Source of the DNA: the human T2T-CHM13v2.0 reference genome, Homo sapiens
Assembly: GCF_009914755.1 (NCBI RefSeq)
Contig: NC_060927.1
Strand: one strand, 5' to 3'
DNA length: 64,000 nucleotides
Below are positions 40,262 to 56,559 of the stretch, one piece after another (positions within the stretch are counted from its first letter, which is position 1; each line of letters starts with the position of its first letter). The translations under genes and the position numbers were made by a program. Under the pieces are notes generated by a model. It was not told the DNA's origin. It made no database searches and saw nothing but the letters and a program-made list of their open reading frames with translations.

Positions 40262-41328
40262 ATGAAAATATCAGGTGTACTATATTTTACCTGCCTTCAT
40301 GTATATTTGAATAATTCCATAATAAAACTTTTTAAAATTCACTTGTATTTTTCTTTATTTTTCTAAGGATTTAATTTAAATAATAACTATTAATAATTTA
40401 GTTAAAATTTATTTTCTTTAAAAAGAGTCATGTTAAGCCCCTTCACAATTTTTCCCCAATAATATTTACATACATTTGAATTTTCCTCACCATCATCCAG
40501 CAACTTTCTAAAAAAATAAATCTTAATAGAAAGTTCACACTAATAAAAACATGTAGGATTATAAAATAGATGACCCTAAAAAGGAACTTGGAGAAGTGAT
40601 TTTGTTACCTCCCCACACCATAATATTTATCATTCTCCCACAAATAAACATATTCTGTAAGTAAGACTGTTTTCTTGGCAAGCACAGCTTCCAGATAAAA
40701 TCCTCGAGCTCATTGTAGCAAAAAAGAAACAAACAAAAAACTACAAATATTAAAAAATATTAGCTATAAATATTTAGTAGTCTTGAACTAAATGCTAAAT
40801 GAAATTGAAATACATTTTATTCTTAAGGAAAACAAAGCTTTTGTTTTTTAATTTTCTCACAGAGTGAATTCCAAAGAAATTAATTTTTAAAATTGTGAGT
40901 CTTTTGAGCCTGAAAATGCAAATTCTGCGTATCATATTTTATAGAATGCATATGTAAATACTTTTCCTATCAATTATAATTAAACTTTGATAAAGGAAAA
41001 TAATGTGTATTAGGCATATATGTTCCATGCATATATTGAGTTCTCCTATTGTCCCATGATGTATTCTTTTATTTTCTTACACATTTATAGAGAAAGAAAA
41101 ATTTAGAGAGGCAAATTTTCTTGTTTAGAATTACACCATAAGAAATTAGTGGTTCCTGATTTCAGATTTGAATTTGCCTGAATCTAGTTCCCCAAATCAT
41201 ACGGAGCACCACTGTGTGCTTAGCACAGTGCCCTGTTGTGTGTAGACAGAAAAAAGGATTACAACACAGCCTCTACCCTGAATACACATTTAAATTTTGA
41301 GAAAATAAAACGTTAAATGAGAAATATT

Positions 41329-41665
<337 letters not shown>

Positions 41666-41849
41666 ATTATTAGAGCACAAAAATATTAGTGGTATATTGT
41701 ATGGGACTTTTGTAGTTAAAATGAAAATCTACAAAGATTAGAGATATGTGTGGTCAGCTGCATTGAAGAAGTTTTCATAGAGGAGGTGAGATTTTAGGTA
41801 AGCTTTGAACAATCAGTAATATTCAGATATACAGAAAGAACAATATGGG

Positions 41850-42210
41850 TATGTTTGGTTGACTTAATCTTCATTCCCAGACAACTTTCAGTTGGAGAAA
41901 CTTCACAGAAGAGTTCTGAATGATGACATGGAAGTGAAAGTCAGCTGTGTGATTCCTGGGAAGCCTGTTGCTTTCCTGAGACAGCACCCCCACCCACTGT
42001 TTTTGCTTCTTCTTGTTGGAATGCAGATGTGATAACTGGAGACTGCCAGGAGAACATCTGAAGCCTGGGGGTCACTTCACTATGTCACTCAACCAGCGCC
42101 AGTAACTGCTCTTCTCCAGACTTATTATACAACAAAAACAAACCCTTATTTGTTTAAGACTCCCTAGCTGGGTAGTTTATTACATATGGAAAGAAATTTC
42201 CTAATAGATA
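41850..42210 (+). mobile_element. Old MLT1 (J/K-like) LTR
   Basis: ggaatgcagatgtgataactggag..ctccagactt..aaacccttatttgtttaag..cctaatagata. Confidence 0.55.
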
Positions 42211-44737
42211 TGGAAAAACATACAATATTGCAAGTAAGGGAAATACAACAGAAAATGCACTCGTCTTGGGAGTAAGAAAGTTTAAGCTTCCATAACTGGT
42301 AATACTTAAATATAATTTAGTCTGATACCAAAATTCAGTCTTTGACCAATAAATCATGATGGGTGCCTGAGACAATCAAGGTCATTGTTTCTTTTATGGT
42401 TCCATGTTTTAATCTTCTTCCTATAGGGGTATCTGAGATCATTCACTGAAAAATAGGGTAAAATGAAGACTTTGAAATTGTATGGAGAGAGAAAATTCTG
42501 AATAACCTATATGGGAATATGAGTATAACTCCTATAAAATGAAATAAAGGAGTAACTTGGAAGTTAGTAAACTAGTCTTTATTACATTTGGGAAGTTCTG
42601 TGCTCAACTGTGGTGATTTGGTTTAAATTAGATTGTGTGAATTTCCTTATTTCTGATATATTTGGATAGATGTCAATATTAAATTTAGTTTTAAATGAGA
42701 GATTTTAAAAAATGAGTTGATCTTTCTATTTTTAAGAGATTGATAATGCCAGTACCTTTGGCTGAAATGAAGCTGTCTGAAACAAGTGTATGTTTTGGAA
42801 GGAAAGTAGCATTTTTGGAAGGAAAGTAGTATCTGAGGGATACATTGAGTATGAGCTTCCTTTACATAGACTTGTTTTGTAAGCTGCTGAGAACAGGCAC
42901 AGAGACAAAGCCAGTGGGTCACAAATGGTGTTCTACATTTAGAAATAATCAGAAAAAGAAGCAAAATCTATTAAAATGGATGATTTAATAAAACTGCTAA
43001 GCTAAAATTGTAGTTATCAAGAACAAAAACGTGAACTTCCGTAATGGGAAGGCAGCAGTCTAAGAAAAGAAAAACAAGAAGAGAGAGAAGATAGTTACGA
43101 AAGTGAAATATCAAGAAAGTTATGGTAGACTGCTTTGGAATTCAGGAACTCAACAAAGTGTAAGATTGGGATTCTGGAAAGACCTTTGTATAAAAATGCT
43201 CTGGTGAGTAGTTCTGGTAGTGCTGAGGTGGTGAAGAGATTGCATTTCAGGAGTTGGGTAATAAAGGGAAGGAGAGAAAACAGACAATGCTTAGCAGAAG
43301 TAGTGTGAATGAAAACTTTTAGCTCTGCTCCAAATAAAGAGCTGACCCTCCAAAAGCATGTGAGAGACTTACATGAAGTTTTAGGATAGTGGAAGAAGCT
43401 TTATTGTTACCTTGGTAGCTTCTGGAGAATACAGATACTGGAAGCATAAACTTTTTTTTGGCTTAACAATTTAAAATATTATCTTTAAAATCCTTTGTTT
43501 TGTTATATTATGATAATTGCTTTTAAACTTTTGAAAAAAATTATGTGAACATTTTGAGTTGTACAAACATTGTAAAAATTAGTTTCTCCAATTTATAATT
43601 GACAAATGTGCTAACACACAAAAAGTTGCAAGTATTCAGCTCTTAATGAAAAAGATTCTTTCTACTTTTAAAAATCAAAAAGTTTGTATAATACGCTTAG
43701 ACAGAAAAATGTCTTTTCTTCACGAGAAAACTTTAAGTGAATTTTACTTACTTATGCTTTTGTATTCCTTTTTATAAAATATAATTATTCCTTGCTATAT
43801 GCACTTTAATCATTATTGTATGGCAGCAGAAAGCTACAAACCTACATCTTAGTATCATGGCTCCCCACAAAATTGCCTTTATAGAATGATATACAACAAT
43901 TTAGGAAAATTTAAAATTATGCCATTACTTTTATCTAGGAGCTATGTAGAAAATATGAACAAAATATCTACATTAAATATTAAAATATAAATGAACAAAA
44001 ATGACTATAAAAGGATGGCATGCCTTATGTTATTCGTTTTCTTATATTTATGTGATTAATTATTTTTATGAGGGTCATGCTAAAAAAAAAGAAACAGATA
44101 AGAGGAAAAAGTAAAATCACAAAAACTTTGGTAAAACTTGTATGTTTTAGATTTGACTTTCCTAAGACAAAATAAAATGAGACATACTCTCTTTTTGTCA
44201 AATGAGAGCTCTATGAACCATCACATTTCTTGTTTCTTCTTGGCTCTCAGGAAGCTCAAATTAATATTTTGCTCAAATAACTTTAAATAAAGCATTTTCT
44301 TCTGGTATAATTATTTTTATATTTATCTTTAGTACTTGGACTTTCTGTTGTTTCTTGGAACTTACTGGTTTTACATTCCATGATATGTGTTTTTAAGGCC
44401 ATCAATTTTCTTATGATTTTTTTTGGAAGTAGGCAGAACACAGACAATAAATAATAAGTTGTGTCATTATCAAATCCCATGAAAGGTCAATAAATAAATG
44501 CATTTTAGGAAAAATAGTAAGATAAATTGAAAAAGAATCAACTTGCCTTAACTTAAAAGTATGTTTTTAAATATCATAAATGTTGAAAATCAGCTTCATT
44601 GATGGAATTTTTATCACCATTAAAATAATCAATAAACAAAAAGAGGACAATAGAATAAACTACTAACTTGAAATGTTCTAGACTGTATAGGACATACAAT
44701 AAAAATTAATAATATTGATTAAGGTTACCAAGAATCT

Positions 44738-44900
44738 CCCTGGTCTGGGAAATCTAAAATCCACTTCTTACCCTGACTATGTCATTGACAATTTAGCTGA
44801 ACTTGACTAAGTATTTACCTTTTGGTACTTCAGTTGTCTCACTGATAAAATAAATAAATTTGACTTACTAATCAGTAAGCCTCCTTCCAACTGTAAAATT
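44738..44900 (+). mobile_element. MIR/MIR3 fragment
   Basis: gctgaacttgactaagtatttacct..cttcagttgtctcactgataaaat..ccttccaactgtaaaatt. Confidence 0.5.
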
Positions 44901-46124
44901 TATTTCCTAGAATGTCTTTTGAAGTCTTTATATTTTAGATGCACTATTTTTTGTTTTGTCTCATTTTACTGCTTATAACAATGGATTAAGGGAGGCAAAA
45001 AATTAAATATAAAAACCACACAGGAATAAATGAACATAGATTTATCTGCTTTTCCTACTTTTCTTTTGAAAGGGTATGGTTATTGCACTTTAGTGAACTT
45101 AAATTCTAAATATTTAACTTCTCAAAGTTTGTAACATTATAACCAACAGTAAGTAATACTTAAAACCAGTTGCATGTTGTCATAAAAGATGGAGACTGGG
45201 AGTTTTTTAAGAGGCTGTATGATTTTGACATCTTCCAAAGTTGCATTTTGGCTTGGAAAATTATGTCAACAATGTGTCATAAGAACACACTTTCTTTTAG
45301 AATTTCAACACATCTACCCCCAGTAGGAATTAGAAAAATAGAGTTCCATAAAAATGAAAACTATATATTTCAGTATAACCCTTCACTTTTCCTCTTTCAG
45401 TTTCCAAAAATGTTTTATTCTAATTTGATTCACATTTGGAGTAATTTGGGAATTAGTTTACTGGATTGTCCACCTCCATTTCAGATTGGCAGCAGGAAAG
45501 CATTTAACAACCACAGACTTAAGGCTGCAAAATGAACTATAATTGAAAGAAAACCGAGGATCTGCATCAGCAAAATTTCCATTTTGCTTTACCAGCTGCC
45601 TTGGTTTCTTGTTTATGTCCTTTTTTAAGTGTTTGAGTGGTTTTTCTCCTTTGCATTTTTATAAGCTTTGTGCATATTTATAATAATTTTGTCTACCTCT
45701 GGCAAAGGAATGGAATCTGAAAGAGCAAGACCATTTTGGCCAAATCACCAGAGAGCTGACAAAAATCACCAGTTTTTATATCTAACACCAGAGAGACTCT
45801 AAGTCGCCTTCTCAGTGATAATGTACATCTAATTATAATATCTAAGCTTCATTAACATTTTTAACTATCCTCTAACCTATTGATACAGTTGTAAAGAGGC
45901 TGACGGGTACTTATATAGAAAAAGAAAATTACTACTTACAAACACCAAGATGTTAGACCAGTTATTGAAGCAATTGATTTGGTCTCTACAGCTGCAAAAT
46001 TGATAGTTTCCAAGTGTTAGATTAGTTTATGTAACAGTTGTACAAAAGTTCCTCTTGAGTTTTTCTTATCTTTCTGGGGAAAATATATAATACAACCAGC
46101 ATCCCAGAGATAATTGTTTAATCG

Positions 46125-47055
46125 ACTCAACAAAACCAAAATTCAAAGATCAACAAACTTGATGAGCCTGTAAACTAAGAAAAAAAGAGAGAAGATGAAA
46201 ATTATTAAATTCAGAAATGGAAGTGGCACTTTACTTCAAATATTACATAAACTAAAATAATATTAATTGTACACTGACAAATTTAACAACCTTAATAAAA
46301 TGGACAAATTTCTAGAAACACATAAATTACCAAACTAACTCAAGAACAAATAGAAAATTTAACAGACATATAACACCTAAAGAGATTAAAGCAGTAACCA
46401 AAAACTTCTTAACAAAGAAAAGTCCAAGACCAGAGGACTACACTGGTGACTTCTAACAAACATTTAATGAAGAATTTACACCAACCTTTTTCAAATTCTT
46501 GCATATAACAGAAGAGGAAAAGACACTTCCTAATATATTCCATGAGACCAACATTACCCTGTTACCAAAGATAGACAAATGTACCAAAATAAAAGAAAAC
46601 TACAAACCAATATTGATTGTGAATATTGATGCAAAAGTCCTCAATAAAATGTTAGCAAACCAAACCCAACAGCATATTAAAAGGATTATACACCATGACC
46701 AAATGGGATTTATTCTAGAAGTGCAAACATGGTTCAACATAAGAAAACAAATTAACACATCATACAGATAGAACAATAACAACAAAAAACACATGATCAT
46801 CTCAACAGACACAGAAAAACCATTTGAAAAATTGTAATACAGTTTTATGATAAAAGTATTCAACAAACTAGGCATAGAAGGGAATTTTTCAACATTGTGA
46901 AAAACTAACAGCTAGCATTATACTCAATAGTGAAAGGCAAAAAGCTTTTCCTCTAAAATCAAAAACAAGAAAAGGATGCCTGATTTTTGCTACCACTATT
47001 AAACATTGTGCTGGTAGATCTGGCCAGATCACTTAGAAAATAAAAATAATAATAT
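46125..47055 (+). mobile_element. L1M ORF2 fragment (Z domain/RT start), older element
   Basis: ORF track 46499-46771 TLPNIFHETNITLLPK..NIDAKVLNKMLAN..IKRIIHHDQMGFI is L1 ORF2p. Confidence 0.9.
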
Positions 47056-47959
47056 CCAACCTTGCCCTACTCAGTAGCAGGACTGCAGCATTCTGCCTTG
47101 GGTCTGGAGATCACCCTGTCCCTGCCTACCATGGCCAGCCCCAAACATAACACCAGGGGCCCTGAGGACAGATCCACTAAACCTGGATGTTTCCCCCTCC
47201 TTACCCCAGTGCTAGAGCACACTATCTCAGGGCCTGGGAACCACGGTGCCCAGTGCACAACAATTGGCACCCAAGCACTCCTCTCAGGAGCCCAAGGTTG
47301 GGTCCATTTGATCTGCTGCTACCACCACAATGGGCACCCACCTAGATGTGCCACCTGTGGGCCTGCAGACTGGTCCACCTAGCCCATTACAGCAACTACC
47401 AACACCAACATGAACCACTTGAAACCCAGAGGCTAGTCCCACTGCTGCTACTGCTGTCAACCACACTATGCCCACTGCCCAGGACATCAAGAACTTGCCC
47501 ATTCGCCCATCCCACTGCTGCCACTTCCAGCACCTTAGAAAGCCATGTGGAAGCCATGAATTGGCCCATCTGAACCTGCTAACACCAATGACAGTGTACA
47601 GTTTCCTGGGGCCCAACAACAGGCACACTTGGTCCACTACTCCCACCACTGAGACATGAGGACAAGCAGACCTGGCATCTCCATCCTAAGAAAAACTTCA
47701 CTATACCCTCCACTAACAACCACACTCAAAGCCACTGAGGAAATTGTAGAGAGCACTGACACAGTTTACAGCCAAATAATTCATATGGAGACTACACTAC
47801 TGTACACATTCAGAATCACAGCCAAAGAGCTCTCTATTTACCCAACACCACAGATATATCTTCAGGAAAAAGTTCTCCCCTACAAAAGCAAATTCAAAAA
47901 ATTGGAAAAAATAACTATTACACCAGATGTGCACATATTGTCATCAGAACACAAGAAAC

Positions 47960-49170
<1,211 letters not shown>

Positions 49171-49436
49171 GCTCAGGCTTGGCCTGTAAAAACAAAGAAA
49201 AAAGAAAAAAAAAAAGAAAACTGCTTGGGGAAGTCCTGCACCTAGAAGCAAAGGAACACTATCTACCATTATGAAAACTCACGAATGTATAAAACCCACT
49301 TGTAGAGCAAATACACAAAATACAAAGAGAAAGAACTCAAATTATACCACTACAGAAAACCACCAAATCACAATAAGCTTAAGAGAGAAAAAAATGACCA
49401 ATGCATACATGAAATAATCAGCAATCATTTAATAAA

Positions 49437-52400
49437 ATGACAGAAATAAGCCTTCCATATCAACAACAATCTTGAGTGCAAATGGATTAAACTCTCCACT
49501 TAAAGATACAGGCTGGCTTAATGGATTAAAAAATGTGACCCAACTATATGTTGCTTATAAGAAACTCATTTCAACTGTAAAGACACATATAGGCTAAAAG
49601 TAAAAGTATTTTTTAAAAGATATTCTATGAAAATGGAAACTAAACATAGGCAGGAGTAGCTTTACTAATATCAGATAAAACAAACTTTAAGTTAAAAACA
49701 TTAAAAAGAGACAAAGAAGGTTATTGTATAATGATAAAGAGATCAATTCAGCAAGAGGATATAATAATTCTAAACACATATGTACCCAACACTGGAACAT
49801 TCAGATATATAAAAAAAATGATTAGATCTGAAGGAAGAGATATACTTCAAAACAATAATAGTTGAGGCCTTCAACACCTCACTTTCACCATTAGACAGAT
49901 CATCTACACAGAAAATTCACAAAGAAACATTGGATTTGAACTGCATGTTAGACCAAATGGACTTAATAGACATTTACAGAACATTTTAACCAATAGCTGC
50001 ATAATACACATTCTTCTCATCAGCATATAGAACATTTTCCAGAATAGACCATATGTTAGAAAATAAAACACATCTCAACAAATTTTTAAAAAATGAAATA
50101 ATATAAGTATATTCTCAGACTATAATAAAAGTATATTCTCAGCATACAGAACATTTTCCAGAGTAGACCATATGTTAAAATGTAAAACACATCTCAACAA
50201 ATTTTTAAAAAAATGAAATAAGTGTATTCTCAGACTATAACAGAATAAAACTAGAAATCAATAATAAGAGCAACAGGAAACTATAAAAATATATGGAAAT
50301 TAAAAAAAAATGCTTCTAAATGACCCTAGGGTCAAGGAAGAAATTAAGGAGAAAATCAAAAAATTTATTGAAACAAATGAAAATGGAAACCCAACATACC
50401 AAAATCTTTGGGAAACTGCAAAAGCAGTGCTAAGAGGAAATTTTATAGGAATAAATGTCTACATCAAAAAAGTAGAAAAATTTCAAGCAAACAATATAAC
50501 CGTGTACCTCAAAGAACCAACCAAAAACCAAAACAAGAAAAGCAAGAACAAACCAAACCCAAGATTAATAGGAGGAAAGAAATAATAAAGATTAGAGAAG
50601 AACTAAATGAAATAGAGACTAAAAAAACCGCAATGGATCAACAAAATGAAGTCTGATCTTTAAATAATAAACAAAATTGATAAACCACTACCTAGGCTAA
50701 CAACAAGAAATAGAGAGAAGACCTAGATAAACAAAATCAGAAAAGAAAGAGAAGGCATTACAACACAGAAATACAAAAGATTATCAGAGACTATGATGAA
50801 CACCAATACACTAACAAACTAAAAAACCTAGAATAAATGGATAAATTCATGGACACATACAACCAATAAAGATTAAATCAGGAAGAAATAAAAAACCTGA
50901 ACAGACCAATAATAATAGGTAATAAGATTGAATCAGTAATGAAGAATTTCCCAACAATGAAAAGTCAAGAACTGGATGTCTTCACTGCCAAATTCTACCT
51001 AACTTTCAAAGAACTAACATCAATTCTCCTTAAACTAGTTCAAAAAATTGAAAAGCAAAGAATTCTCCCTAACTCATTCTATGAGGCCAGCATTATCCTG
51101 ATACCAAAGCCAGACAAGGACACAACAGAAGAAGAAAACTGCAGACCAATATCCACAATAAACATAGATGCAAAAATCTTCAAAAAAGTTACTAGAAAAC
51201 TGATTCCAGCAGCATGTCAAAAAGAAAATACATCATGATCAAGTGGGATTTATCCCAGGGATGCAAGGATGGTTCAACATATGCAAATCAATGTTTATGA
51301 TATATTACATTGACAGAATGAAGGACAAAACCATATGACCATCTCAATAGATGCAGAAAAAGCTTTTGATAAAGTTCAACATTCCTTCCTAATAAAAACC
51401 CTCAACAAACTAAGCACTGAGGAAACATACCTCAACATAATAAAGGCTATATAAGACAGATTCACACCCAACATTATATTGAATGAAAAAAGCTGAAAGC
51501 CTTTTCTCTAAGAACTCAAACAAGACAAGAATACTCACTTTCATTACTCTTATTCAGCATAGTACTAGAAGTCCTAGCCAGAGCAATCAGGCAAGAGAAA
51601 GAAATAAAAGCCATCAAAATTGGAAAATAAAAAGTCAAATTAGCCCTCTTTGCAGATAGTATGATCTAAAATCTATAAAAACCTAAAGACTCCACTGCAA
51701 AACTTTGAGCTCTGAAAAATAAATTTAGTAATATTGCAGGATACAAAATCAACACACATTAGTACCATTTCTATACACCAATTAACTAGTTGAGAAAGAA
51801 ATCAAGAAGACAATTCTATTTACAATAGCTACAAAAAAAAAAACGCTAGAAATAAATTTAAACAAGAAGTTAAAAGACCTTCTACAAGAAAAACTACAAA
51901 ACACTGACGAAAGAAGTTGAGGCAGACACAAACAAATGGAAAGACATCTTATTCTCATGGATCAGAAGAATGAACATTGTTAAAATTATATATTGCGTAA
52001 AGCAACCTACAGATTGAATGCAATCTACAGATTCAATGCAATTCCTATCAAAACACCATTTTTCACCCTGTTGCAGTGGATCATGCCTGTAATCCCAGCA
52101 CTTTGGGAGGCCGAGGCAGGTGGATCACCTGAGGTCAGGAGTTCAAGACCAGCCTGGCAAACATGGCAAAACCCCATCTCTATTAAAATATAAAAATTAG
52201 TTGGGTGTGGTGGCATGTGCTTGTAGTCCCAACTGCTCGGGAGGCTGAGGCACGAGAATCTCTTGAACCTGGGAGGTGGAGGTTGTGGTTAGCTGAAATT
52301 GTGCAGTTGCACTCCAGCCTGGGCAACAGAGCAAGACTCTGTCTCAAAAGAAAAAAAAAATACAATTTTTTATAGTAATTGGAAAAAATCCTAAAATATC

Positions 52401-53760
52401 TGTGGAATGACCAAAAAAAAACCTGAATAGCTGGAGAAATCTTGAACAAAAGTAACAGAGCTGGAGGTATCACATTACTAGATCTCAAAAAACAATACAA
52501 AGCTATAGTAACCAAAACAGCATTGTACTGGCAGAAAAACAGGCACATAGACCAGTGGAACAGAATAGAAAACCAATAAATTAATTCATATATCCACGAT
52601 CCCAGAAATTCATTCATGTATCTACAGTCAACTGTTTTTCTGACAAAAATGCCAAGAGCAATCATTGGGGAAACACCAGTCTCTCCAACAAATGGTGCTG
52701 GAAAAATTGGATATCCATATGCGGAAGGATGAAACTGGACCCCTACCTCTCACCATATACAAAAATCAACTACAAATGGATTAAAGACTTAAACGTAGGG
52801 CCCAATTCTATAAAACTGCTAGAACAAAACATAGAGGAAACACTTTGAGACATGACTCATGGCGAAGATTTTATGGCTAAGACCTCAAAAGCATAGGCAA
52901 CAAAAACAAGAGTAGACACATGAGAGTATATTAAACTATTATAAAAAGCTTGTGTACTATTATAAAAAGTTGTATAAAAAGCAAAGGAAACTATCAACAT
53001 AGTGAAGAAACAACCTGTTGGATGGGAGAAAACATTCGAAAACTATACATCCAAGAAGGGACTCATAATTCAGACTATCCAAGTAAGCAGTACTAAATAA
53101 AAAATTTAAGAAATTCCATTGAAAAGTGGGGAAAGAACATAAACAAACATTTCTTAAAAGAAGATATATGAATAGCCAACAAGTACATGAAAAAATGCTC
53201 AATGTTAATAATCATCAGGGCAATGCAAATCAAAATCACAAATAGATATCATTTTACTCCAATTAGAATAGCTATATTAAAAAGACAAAATATAACAGAT
53301 GCTGGCAAGGATGTGGAGAAAAAGCAACTCTTACACATTGTCGATGGGAATGTAAATTAGTACAGTCACTATGAAAAACAATATGAAGATTTCTTCACAA
53401 ACTTAAAAATAGAACTATCATATGATCCAGCACTCCCACTACTGATATTTATCCACAGGAAAGGAGATAAGTATATCAACAGCCTGCATTCCCATTTTTA
53501 TTACAGCACAATTCAGAGTAGCAAAGATGTGAAATCAACCTACATGTCCATCAGCAAATAAATGAATAAAGAAACTGTGGTATATAAACACAATGGAATA
53601 CTATTCAACCACAAAAAAGAATAAAGTCATGTCATTTGCAGCAACATGGATAGAACTGGATGTCATCATGTTAAGTAAAATAAGCTAGGTGTAGAAAGAC
53701 AAAGATTATGTATGTGGATATCGCTTATGTAGATATCTCACTCATATGTGGAAGCTAAAA
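49437..53760 (+). pseudogene. L1 ORF2p remnant (EN, RT), inactivated
   Basis: ATG at 49437; LLND..EIKEKIKKFIETNEN..YQNLWETAKAVLRG; [16 protein letters not shown]; RT motif degraded to LFADS at ~51646. Confidence 0.88.
52066..52360 (+). mobile_element. AluSx/Sz-like inside L1 ORF2
   Basis: ggatcacctgaggtcaggagttc; poly(A); degraded TSD aaaa(c/t)ac(c/a)attttt. Confidence 0.92.
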
Positions 53761-54282
53761 TAGTTGATCCCATAGAGGTAGAGATTATAAATATCAGAGG
53801 TTGGAAAGAGTGTGTGAGTTGAGGGTTAGGATAAAAAGAGGTTGTTTAAGGAGTACAAACATACAGTTAGATAGAAGGTATAAGCTCTAATGTTCAATAG
53901 CACAGTAGGACAACTATAGTTAACAGCAATGTATTGTATATTTCAAAATAGCTAGAAGAGAAGACTTAAAATGACCCAACACATGAAAATGATAAATACT
54001 TGAAGTAATGGACACCTTAAATATCCTTACCTGTTCATTACACAGTGTATGCATGTAACAAAATATCACATGTACCCCAGAAATATGTACAAGTATTTAC
54101 ATCAATATTTTTAAAAAAGAAACTGGTGAAAATAACAAGTAAGAAATATATAATTAATATGAAAATAAAAATAGCTGAATTTCATTATTACCTTTACATC
54201 CGAGATCTTATGCAATAGGAATGTCTTATCACTGCAAATAATCCAGTAGTGGCTGTAAAATGCCCACTGGGAATGACATCAT

Positions 54283-54493
54283 CATTTAGCATAGAACTTT
54301 GGAACCAGCCAGGTCCAAACATACTAACTTAATCTGTGTGACCTTGGCTAATTTACATACCCCTTTAAGCATCCTTTTTTTTTTTTCCACTGTAAAGTTA
54401 GTAATAGTAATTCATGATAACTTTTAAAGCACCTATAAAAGAGAGTCTTGTGCTTGACATAATAATACTCAGGGTATATTAGCTACTGTTATT
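54283..54493 (+). mobile_element. MIR
   Basis: ctgtgtgaccttggctaattt..ctgtaaagt..ttaaagcacct..tattagctactgttatt. Confidence 0.6.
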
Positions 54494-54495
54494 TC

Positions 54496-54812
54496 TTTTT
54501 TCTTTTCTTTTCCTTTTTTTTTTTTTTCTTTTGAGACAGAGTCTCACTCTGTCACCCAGTCTGGAGTGCAGTGTCGCGATCTCGGCTCACTGCAAACTCT
54601 GCCTCCTGGGTTCAAGTGATTCTCCCACCTCAGCCTCCTGAGTAGCTGGGATTACAGGCATGTGCCACGCTTGGCTAATTTTTGTGTCTTTTAGTAGAGA
54701 CAGGGTTTTGCCTTTTTGGCCAGGCTTGTCTCAAACCCCTGACCTCAGGTGATCTGCCTGCCTCAGCTTCCCAAAGAGCTAGGATTACAGGCGTGAGTCA
54801 CCGCGCCCAGCC
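54496..54812 (-). mobile_element. AluSx-like
   Basis: cctgacctcaggtgatctg; perfect 15-bp TSD agctactgttatttc at 54481-54495 and 54813-54827. Confidence 0.95.
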
Positions 54813-55562
54813 AGCTACTGTTATTTCAATCTTGCGTATAATGACGGATCAGATTTTATCTAAGACTATCAGAACTGATGACACATTCAGACAATTGAAA
54901 GGATACCAAATTATTCTGTCAACAATAGCAGCCTGCTCTCATTTTTACTGGTTAATAGATTATTTGCATGCCTTGAATTATTTTGTTCAAGATCTTTTCC
55001 TTCAGAGAATGAGAACAAACAGAATTTACCTTGGTAGGTCCACTCCCAAATGGAGCAAAATCTGAACCACAGATTATTTAATCTTAATAATAGGTATGCA
55101 ACTGCAAACATAAACCAATGTATTTTAAACATTGGTTTATGATTAACAATTTTGGCAGTCCTTCTTTGGCAGATACTCAACACTATGTCTTTAAATTTTC
55201 ATCTTTCTAGTATTTGTTAAATGCAATTTTGACATTTGTAAAAGTCGATCAAGGAATTATCCTCAGATATTAACTGTGTGTATGCACTTGTAGGCTGTTG
55301 GAGTATTTTCAGACTTTCAAGAATCCCAGTAAAATTCCTACCGGTTTGTCAAGAGATGTCTTTAGCCTTTTTACCATATGCTTCTTATCGCTTTCTTCTC
55401 CTTTCCTTCTTTATTTTCTTGTCATTTCATCATCTAGACATTCTAGAACCTTTCAATGTGTTTGCTTTTATTTTTGACTTTGCTTTATGTTTCCTTAAGT
55501 TGAGTAGAGGATTCAGAAGAGAATATTGTCCTATTTCATTTGCTACTTATGTCATTACATTA

Positions 55563-55611
55563 CATTGAAAGTAATGGCAAAAACCGCAGTTACTTTTGCA
55601 CCAACCTAATA
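55563..55611. mobile_element. Half MADE1 (one arm plus spacer)
   Basis: cattgaaagtaatggcaaaaaccgcagttacttttgcaccaacctaa-ta. Confidence 0.9.
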
Positions 55612-56559
55612 TTTGTTTGTAAAGAATCTGGATGTCCTTGGAGAAAGGCACCCCACAAAGCATGCCCAGTATGTTATATCATCGTTTTTAAAGGCTAGTG
55701 ATAGCTATATTGTCAAAAGAGATAAAGCAAAATATTATGAGCTCTACCAACGGAAAGATTTACCACAAAGTTCTGGGGAAGACTGAGGTCCCTATTTTGA
55801 GCATGAAATAGCCTGCTGTATGTGTGTGTGTGTGTGGCAATAATATGGGTTAGAGCAAGACACAAAGACGAGTACAGAGTTACCAGAGCCTGTGGATAGA
55901 GCTTATGGGGTTCTGTGGGGAGGGTGCTTCTACAGACAGGATGTCATTTTGTAATTCCTGGGAGGCATAAATTAAACCGGCCTCCCAGGATATGGACTAA
56001 TGATCACGGAATCATGAGAAATTCTGTGTTACAAAGTCTCTATATTTTCATTGTTACACTCGTTTATATTGTTTTAATATAATAGGTTCTTAAATCCAAA
56101 TTTTTTCATTCTTTTCCATATATATGACTTTCATCCTCTATTCTGGACAAGTGATGATGGGCAGATAAAGTCTCTATGCCAAATAATATTTATATCCCAG
56201 CACCTGCCACAATGACTGGGACATGATTATTATCCAAAACATATTAAGGAACCATTATTAAATATTAGATAGTTGTCTTGAACACATTCTCTTTTTTTAA
56301 GAATTGATTTCCAAACATATTACTAGTCCACAAATTAATGACTGTGCATACTGAACGAGATGTTCAGTTGATGCTGTATTTCAAAGTCATGCTTTCTCTT
56401 TCTTTAAGGAAATTGTTTAAAACAATACAGCTAAATCAAGAGATAAAATTTCATTTCCATTACTGCCGTGTCTTAATGCATTAAAACACAAACTGGGCCA
56501 ATGCTGAAAAATATTGCATGAGGCCATTGTAGAATATAAGTAAAGTTCAAAAGTGAAGG

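Noticed and set aside
40070-40366. Ser/Phe/Leu-rich ORFs
   Set aside because: They are translations of the CT low-complexity tract.
42792-42830. Short tandem duplications (ttttggaaggaaagtag twice; also ~34428-34453, ~58799-58848, ~63397-63428)
   Set aside because: They are ordinary two-copy slippage duplications with no further structure.
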